64,000 nt of DNA from Eledone cirrhosa. Lineage: Eukaryota. Numbering within the stretch: the stretch's first letter is position 1; each line of letters begins with the position of its first letter. This document shows positions 55,001 to 64,000 of this stretch, one piece after another. The DNA lies in contig OZ024740.1 of NCBI GenBank assembly GCA_964016885.1, positions 334,676,001 to 334,740,000 of the forward strand. Reading direction: 5' to 3'. The position numbers and the translations under genes are program-made. The notes below the pieces were generated by a model, which was given only the letters and a program-made list of their open reading frames with translations, was not told where the DNA came from and did no database searches.

Positions 55001-57019
55001 CTTGTGTATTTATTCTCCATGGAGGTGTTAACAATTCAGTAAACTGGCAACGAGAGGGAATTTCAGTTATCAAACATGTACGTCTCAGTACTGCCCTTAA
55101 AACTCTCCTGAAAGATATGAATCATATCATATATTATTCAGGAATGCTAGAATATATATTGGGCAATGTGACGATTCAACCTTGAAACTTATACTTAATG
55201 AAACGCCCTGTAAGATATAGGAGAAAAAGCACTCTTAATTTCACTGAATCATATTTAAAAGGAAATGACACACAATTTTCTATATATTGAGTGAATAACC
55301 AGAGCTAGTGCTATATTGCTCTGTACCTGCTGCTCGTGAAAGAATGAAAGGAGGCTAAACACCAATATAATCAGGTGCCCTTCTCAGTCATTAAATTATT
55401 GAAAGTATTCATGAAAAAATATACATCCAATTAAATATGTGGTTGTTCTCCATAAAATGAAGAATATTTATCCAAGATATATGTGGACTTATCAAATTAT
55501 TTGAATGTCTAATTAGAAACATCTACTGGCTTTTGAATAGAAGACATTGAAAGATAATTAAGTGTGACGTATATAATTTTTGCAGAAAGATGTACATGTT
55601 AGGACAATGATTTAATTCTTTGAGAATACCTTCTATTAATTCTTTATACTTTCCGCTATCACATTAGATTTTACATATGCTCTTGGCATGAATACGATGA
55701 ATAGGAAAACGTCTAACACCATATCCAATAACATACTCCTACAGGTAATGGTATCTTAATGAAGTAATGACAATGCGTTTCAATTGTAATGAAATGATAT
55801 TAAGTTATTGTATCGTTACATTTAATTAGTCATTCGACGAGGGAATTGATGTACACCGTAAATTACTAAAGAAAACCATGGAGATTGCACAAGTAAAAAG
55901 AAATCAAGATATCCAATGAATAAATTAATAGCATCAGGTTGCTTCACTTCATTTAAATGGAATTTCTAATTTTGAAAACTTATTACTTTTACTTCAGCTA
56001 CATTGCTAATGACACTATGATACTTGAGATTTTGATTCAAATTCAAAAGGGAGACAAAGAAAGTTAAACTCTAGTGCACAATGTAACTGAGTGAGAAACA
56101 GGGAAAAGTTAAACTATAATATGTGAGATATTATATGAGGATAATTTATGTTTAAATTAAATATGAAATCCACAAAGAATTCTTTAATCACAGCATTCAT
56201 AATATCCTTAGAAAATTAAATTGAATGTAATAAAGGATATAAATGTAATAAGCATGTGCAAGAAAATATGAAATAAAAATGTATAAGGCATTCACAATAG
56301 TAATATATATATGGCAGGGGATGTAAGAATGGGTGGGTGGAAGTTGTGTGTTTGAATGTGTAGCTTATCTTCCATCTTTTTAGTAACTTATATCTTACTT
56401 ACACCAGAGCGCGCCTATGACATGACTAGTGAAATTTTGGAAGGCACTTTTTTCTCCAGCTGTGCTTTGAACACGTTGTAATTGAGGCACATGTATTCTG
56501 CCTTACTCTCATTCTGCACAGACTGTTAATTATCTATAATTAAATATATTTATATATATAAAACTTTAAGAATGTCAATGCCAGACCATACCCGTAACAA
56601 GAGGCTCATCAACAGAGAAGTGTGAACAAAGTGATCGCAGAATACTGAATGTCCAATCACCGCAGTGTCAGATATGTCGTACGATTTAAAGGCAACAAAT
56701 GAAACCGTGGTGCTTTCAAGTGGTATCCCAAAATCATCGGAAATCTCTCGGCAGACTCCCAACATAATCGGAAAACAACAACATAAAATCATTGGAATAA
56801 AAATATTGGAGTAGAGTCCAGTAAATGGCGAAAGAGGTCATTGAGTCAATCGATGTATAATGACATCCGATAGCCTGTTCGGTCCAAAGATGCAATTGTA
56901 TATATGTATAATGAATGGTCAGGAAAAGAGATGGGCTCCGCCAGGCTTAAAATACCCAAGGAAATCCGTATATGAATACGGCCCAACAACTCCAACGGGA
57001 GTTACGGGAAAAAAAATAA

Positions 57020-57110
<91 letters not shown>

Positions 57111-57786
57111 AAAAAGTATGACCCCGATGGCAGAGCTCAAGCCGTTTCTACGGCTATTTCTGGACTAAATTAGAATGTTTAGCCTGCTAAATAAATAGCC
57201 AAACTTATCAGGGGGTACTTTCTTATATGGGAAGATAGTAATTGTCAAGAGAATTGATCAAAATTTGTTATAAAGACAAATAAATCTATCATGGCATTTG
57301 GTGGAAGGTAGGGGTGGCTGAACTTGCCGGTAGAACAAAGAGGGAGTGAAGAATGCCAGTCAGGCGTTGAAAGTGAAATCTATACAGCATGATACGACAT
57401 TGCGAAGTATATAGTTATGTGCAGCATGTACACATTCAATTCTGCCATTATTTCATGCACAGTAATATAATTTACCGTATTAAATGTGTTGTCTCTCAAT
57501 TAAACTAGGACAAACGATAACTCAAAGTGATTTCACTGTAATAACAGCTGTTTATGTTTATCGTACTAAGAAGCAACGGCCAAATATAATATAAAAATAG
57601 TTATAGCCATTTAAAAAGTATAGTTGCAGTAACTTTCTCCTCTGGAATGTATATGCAGGTATATATATATATATACATATATATATGAGGAAAATAAATT
57701 GGAAATGCAACTGGAATATTTTAAGAATATTTATTTATTTACTTTACGGGTTTCACAGTTGTTTTGATTTTCAAATTTAAAATTGA

Positions 57787-57837
<51 letters not shown>

Positions 57838-57840
<3 letters not shown>

Positions 57841-59239
57841 AGCATTATTATAAAAATACTTGAACATCTGAAACTACTTCGCTTTCCCTATTCGATATTT
57901 ACTCCGTCACTCCTATGTGGAATAAGTACGTTGAGTGCTTGAATTTAATTGCATCAATGTTTACCCTAAGAATGTAGCTCCAATTAGTTGAGCGCTCTAT
58001 GATGTAACCGATATGGTGAAGAAGAGAGGAACCAGCAACGAGCTACACCCTGAAATTCCCTCTACCGAGGGGATGGAAACCTCTGATACTGGACGGACAT
58101 AATAATAACTTTCTGCAGGATAAATACGCGGAAACAAAAACAAAGATAAACCCCCATTTTCCTGCACCAAATCGCATTTGAACAGAAGCCCCTACACTTC
58201 AATCTATACATGGACAAATTGAGAATCATATTGATCATTTATCTCATTTTGCATATATGTACTCTATGTGTTTTTGCATTTATTCATTTATTAGTATTTT
58301 TCTTTTGTGTACTTTATATCTGTTTTTTGGGGGTTTTGTTCCATGTGATGGAAATTTTAACTATGTACCCGACTAACTACTACCTTTCATACTCTAATTT
58401 ACCCTCCGTTCCACTGTTCAGTATGTAGATAATATAACTGTAACATTAATACCCCTTTCAAAACTTCTTACTTAAACATCTCTCTGCTTATTATTTACTC
58501 ACTTCAATCTATATTTTTTTACTCACCTCAATCCAGATTCTCACTTGAACATTTTCTAATTTTTAATTGTTAATTATTAATTTCTAATTTTTAATATTTG
58601 ATTTCTGATTTTCGATTTTAAATTTTTATTTTTAGTTCTAATATCCAAATCTCATTCATACCTAGAATTAAGTATATTTTCTCTTAGAGGTTGATGGTCA
58701 ATTATACTGTCCATGCTTAATGAGAGGTAGGATTGAGACCTAGAGATACTCAAACTCTCCCATCCCCACTGGCTTTTGACTGACTACCACAGACGGGGTA
58801 GATAGCAGTAAGCTATATTACAGGCCTGAATTGGTCATCGTTCGGCTGACTAAACGAATTTCGTTGAAATCTGCGGTAGCTAATGGTCAACTTCCTTCGG
58901 ACCTGCGCCTGCGCAGACCGGTGGGGGTGAATTGGTACACACAGCGGAATGGATGAAGAACCCAAGAGCACACACTTCGTCCGTTCCCATGTCGATTCAA
59001 TTTGAATTGCCTCGGAAACATAACCTTATTATGTAACAAGCTGTCTGGTGATGTCGCGACACTGGCGCACGGAACAGTGTTGCCACTGTCGCCATGAAAT
59101 ATATATCACAGTATTATTATTAAAAGACTTGAACATCTGAAACTACATCGCCTTTCCTTATTCGATATTTACTCCGTCACTCCTATGTGGAATAAGTACG
59201 TTGAGTGCTTGAATTGATTTGCATTAATGTTTACCCTAA

Positions 59240-59240
<1 letters not shown>
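57838..59240 (+). mobile_element. Non-autonomous ~1.27-kb HHR element with ~132-bp terminal direct repeats
   Basis: 57839-57970 matches 59108-59240; no long ORF; inserted in (TA)n. Confidence 0.8.
59041..59111 (+). ncRNA. Type I hammerhead motif (A6->G in this copy)
   Basis: CTGT CTGGTGA TG..GCGACA..TGTCGC-CAT GAAA TATATA TC ACAG. Confidence 0.65.
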
Positions 59241-59280
<40 letters not shown>

Positions 59281-59285
<5 letters not shown>

Positions 59286-61272
59286 ATACTTGGAGAGGGT
59301 CATATTGCCAGAAATAATAACCGAAAACACTCACTGTTTTGTTGGTTTTCGCTTCTGTATCTTTTATATCAGTTAATTTATTCGGTCCTCAATGTTTCCC
59401 ATTGACTGACCAACGGTCAAAGATACAGATATATTATAGATACAAACACATATATATAGTCTAACAGGGTTCTTTCGTTGCACATCTGCAACAGGGTCAG
59501 TGGTGCTAATATGTTTCCTCCTGTTGTATTGTATGTCTACGCCATCTTTATTTAATCTGTTTATTTATTTATTATTTATTTTTGTATTCTTCTCTGCGCA
59601 TGCGTTTGTATAGCGTTTGATGTGTGTTCGCGTTTGGGTGACTGTGTTTTGGTTATTGTATTCTATCTTAGTTTACTAGTGTGTGTTTATATGTGTTTGT
59701 TGTTAATGTGCTTGTGTATATAATTGTTTATTTATTTATATTTCTCTTAGGTCAGTATTGTTTGTTTGGGTGTTGCTGTTATTCCATTCATTTTTCTGTT
59801 TAGTTTTGGCCTTCTAAGTTCTATTTCACTGGCCTCTCTGACTTGCCTATCTGCTAGGTCATTTCTATGTTTAGATACTATTTTAATTTCTATGTTGTCT
59901 ATGTTACCGTCATGTTGTTGTCTGGTGTGTTCGTATAGTACTGAACCGTTTTTTCTCCCTTTTAGTTCCCCCAGTGTTGGTCTATCCTTTCACCTATGCT
60001 ACGAGCTGTCTCGCCTATGTATGTTGTTGTAATGTTTCTGCAAGTAACCTCTGTACATCTTATGCTATTGACTACGTTTCTAATTTTACAGTTTATCCGG
60101 GGGTTTACTTTACACATAGTACATTTCCTATTAGTACAGTCTGTTTTCTTAAAAGGGCAGGTTTTGCTGATCAGGGCTTTTATGGTGGTTCCTGGCTTTT
60201 CTACCACCTTAATCTTTAAGTGGGTCTTTCTCAGGGCCTTTCTACACTGGTTAGCGAATTTCCCACCGGGGGTAGCGTCCACACACATGACACTCTGGTA
60301 TCTCTGGTTGCCGTACCACGAGGTGGCTTTCCCTATCTTATGTTTAGTCCTATCTAAGCTATTCCATGATTTGCTCCTGTATAATGGGCAAATTCCTTTC
60401 ATGTCCAGTTCACTGAGGGTCTTATACTTCTCCGTGGTTCCTTCGTATACTCTGATTCTGTCTCTTTGGTTCTAGCCAGAGAACTGCATGCGGTTGAAGA
60501 AGTGTTGGATGTGTCTTTCCATTTCTGTTGGGTCGCACATGCGGGACACGTTCTTCATACCAAGTCTGCGATCAGAATATTAAACCTAGCACTAATGGAC
60601 ATTGCTGAGTTTTTGAGTATCAGATATTTGGAGGCCATGGGTTTAGCGTAGTGTGAGTGGAGAATTTTGGCTCCCTCGTCTAAAGTGTTAATCCATAGAT
60701 CTGTGTCTAATACAGGGTGTTTGGAAGGGTAGTCGGGAGTTACAGTTATACTCTGGTGTATGGAATTAGCTATCTGCTGGATGCTTTCCATTGTGCTACA
60801 TTCTAAATCATACTTGTTAGTACTCTCTTGTGGGGATGTCCTTATTAATATATTAATAACGTCTACGTAACGAGAGTACATGATGAGGTCTATGGAGCTC
60901 TCATCAAGGAGAAATTTGAGTCTCCTTTCCCACCATACCATGAGAGGGTTGGGAACGTCACCAGCTATGAAGACGCCAATGGCTGCTCCCTCATTTTGGG
61001 TGTAGATTTTCTCGTTGAATTTGAATATGTGGCTATTTAGGGTAGTTTTAATACTAGCCTCTATTGCATGTGCGACCATTTTTCTTACCTGATCATTGTT
61101 TTTTGGGGGTCCGTATGGCTTTGGTCCACCCAATCCACCTTCCCATGGGAGTCTTTTTTGTGCCATTGAGGTTATGGTGAAAACCAACCAAACAGTGAGT
61201 GTGTTCTGTTATTATTTCTGGCAATATTATTACAACAATATGACCCCCCCCCCCCCCCAAGTATAACAATAT
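59281..61272 (-). mobile_element. 5'-truncated Penelope-like element (RT + GIY-YIG), related to 18530-21145, with inverted pLTR end
   Basis: YTQNEGAAIG, SRYVDV (YVDD mutated), VLDTDL, HYAKPMAS, PLYRSKSW, Cys-rich linker, YIGETARSIGER; 61181-61272 is the reverse complement of 59281-~59350. Confidence 0.9.
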
Positions 61273-61313
61273 TTGTTTCGACGCACGATTTCATATCAAA
61301 AACCTCGCAAAAC

Positions 61314-61354
<41 letters not shown>

Positions 61355-64000
61355 TATATGATATAACTATCATGCGGCTCTATGATCGCTCAATGAGAGA
61401 ACTGAAGCTAAAAACCCCAGGTGTCAGAGTGCTTGTACACTGCCAATTACATTGGGTGTTGAACAGGTTTATCATATTTGAAATAGTTACCAACAAATCT
61501 AAATGTACTTTCATACAGAAATTATCTCATCATATTTCGCTTCTTTCTATTATATTTGAATACATATGAATTATACATAAACAATATACCGACGCATGAA
61601 TGATGCTGAAATTTAAAATTATGTTGCACGGATGAATGCATACTATTTGGAATAATAAATATTAGCCGGAATGTAGGCACAAATATAAAATGCATCCATC
61701 TAAAAATAAAAATGCAATAAAATTTCACATTGTCCTTCAATTCCTATTATTCTTAAATGAACAGTTTTTACTTCATTCATGTATGTGCTATAAGATGTTC
61801 ATGCCTTGTAGAACAACCTAATGCTTTGTAATCCAACTGATGAACGAATAATGCGGATTGAGGCTGGACGCTCTTTTGTAGGAAACCTATTCAAACTGTA
61901 TAATTCTAAATTGAAATAAATCCTTGCCACTCAACATCATAATGATTTTCAGATATGTTAAATTTTGTATGAGTTATAGTTCGATGCATGTCCATCTTAG
62001 AAGAAGCATATTTTTCTGTAGCAATCTGATTCTGTAGCAATCTGATTAACCAACATTTTCTTTAAATGCATAGAAAAGTTTCTTCTACATCTGCAGTTGG
62101 GATACCTGTGATCTTCATCTTTATTTCCAGTCAACAATTTCCTGTTCCATGAGCAATTAAGTAATGATAAAACACGCACCTGATTGCAACAACATCGCTT
62201 AATACTTTTATCAGAATATATTTCTGACATTTTATATTAACTATATTAACAGCAATTTATACATGTTATATCCTCTCGTATGACACTACATTATTGAGAT
62301 AATCTATAACTGAAGTAACGTGATATTGTAGTTTTTCCTTTTACTTATCTAGCTGATACATAACGTAACATCTAATGAAACATTCTGAGAATATCATTTA
62401 GGTAGCCCAAACAATTCAGATTAAAAAGCAAGTCATTGCTGAGAGATCAGATACTTTAGTTATTTAATTTTGTTCATACAGTAGTTGAAACCTATTTAAG
62501 AAATTTCAATAAAATATTATAAACAATTAATAATAAACGAAGTCTATTTTAAATTAAAATATATGGTCCATATATTATCATAAACGAAAGCATATCGAAT
62601 ATGTTTATTTATAATAAACAAACATTCGTTGTATATGATCATGTCTTACCAACCTCAGTAGCCCTGTGATAATACCAAACGCTAGTTTCTTAGAATGTTT
62701 ATACATCGTCTCTGATATTTACTCACTCGTTACCAAGACAATAAGCTGATAGCTTATTTATAGTTTTGAAAAAATATATTTATAGAGAAGTTCATTTGTG
62801 TATAACGCAGCTTGCCAGTTTTGTATCAATTATTGATAACACTAACATAGCATGATTCGCAATAGATACATATATGAAAATATATATATTTGGCATTCGT
62901 TATGATCTGAACCTCGTCAAATATATCTGGTCTCGTGCACTCATGTCAATTTTACTTTTTTCGTAAATTCTTACAGAGAATGGTAGGGTTTTGTCTATTC
63001 ATAGGAACTGTAGAAATATATTCGTAAGTAAATCTTAAAATGAAGTCTAATTCAGAATATACGACATCGAATGAAAAAGAAATAATTGTGTAATTCTTCG
63101 AAAACTTCACACGTAAGGTGTTTTAGAAAGCGAGTGCTATTTCACTTAAACGAAACTGCGTGTAATTTTTAATTTCTTACTCCGTCTTACACAACTGAAG
63201 CTGTGTATGCAAGAGATAATATTTTTATTCTAGTCAGTTTCCATTAACAAAATGTTTTATTCTTTATTCACTTATGGGAAAAATATTATTGAATTATTCA
63301 ACAAAACAAATACCTCAAAACAAGCATTCTGTACTTCAACACAATGCTGTTATGTGAGAGGAATGAATATTTCTTAACTCAAATACATTAGCTGAGTTGG
63401 TTTCAAGTGGAATTTAAATTGGTTTCGACAATTCTGCTCACTAGAAGCTTCACACGACGTATGTGACGCTAGGCTAGTTATTTGACATAATATAAAATAT
63501 TAATCACCGAAACCTGAAGCAGTTTAATTATTTCCACAATTTATTACAGTTGTCAGGCATTTCTTCATAAGATATTCATGTTAAAATTTCATCTCAGATT
63601 ATAAGATATTTTTCTTATAATATCCTTTAAAAACCAAGTCTTCTTTCTTTTGTATATGAGACAATTGAATTCGTTTACTTATGGCATCATTCCTCTGGAT
63701 ATATAGGTGCAATTATATAAAACCCATTTTATTGAGAATCCTATGCTAATATGGAATTGTATTGAATAGGCTTCTCTAATTATATATGTGTGACGAAATA
63801 CGATTTGCTTTTATACGCACACACACTCATATACATGTACGCCCCCCCCCATATATATATATATACATGTGTGTGTGTGTGCGTGTGTGTACCGAGAGAG
63901 TTGATACATAGATAGAATCATAGATAGATAGTTAGAGAGAGGGGGAGAGAATGAGCGATGGATATAAAGCATTCGCCAAGTTGGTTTGCTACGCACACAT

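Overview
AT-rich eukaryotic repeat DNA, probably from a cephalopod or other mollusc (inferred from the SINE types and the density of TA/TG microsatellites). I found no host gene I can support. Most of the long six-frame ORFs are microsatellite translations. The real content is decayed transposons: at least five C-terminal GIY-YIG Penelope-like elements (PLEs) of Hydra-like type and two of another PLE type, usually with an inverted 5' pseudo-LTR and set in (TA)n. There is also one Helitron, two L1/Tx1 LINEs, several RTE fragments and several tRNA-derived SINEs, plus a 200-N gap. The main hidden signal is RNA. Reading by eye shows about 14 sequence-unrelated families (more than 20 copies) of type I hammerhead ribozyme (HHR) motifs: stem I, CUGANGA, stem II, GAAA, a short and often palindromic stem III, UH, stem I'. 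Several lie in ORF-less 0.29-1.27 kb tandem or circularly permuted units that resemble retrozymes. Unusual variants include ~100-nt stem II insertions and a U3-A8 compensated core. None of this was folded computationally or tested.
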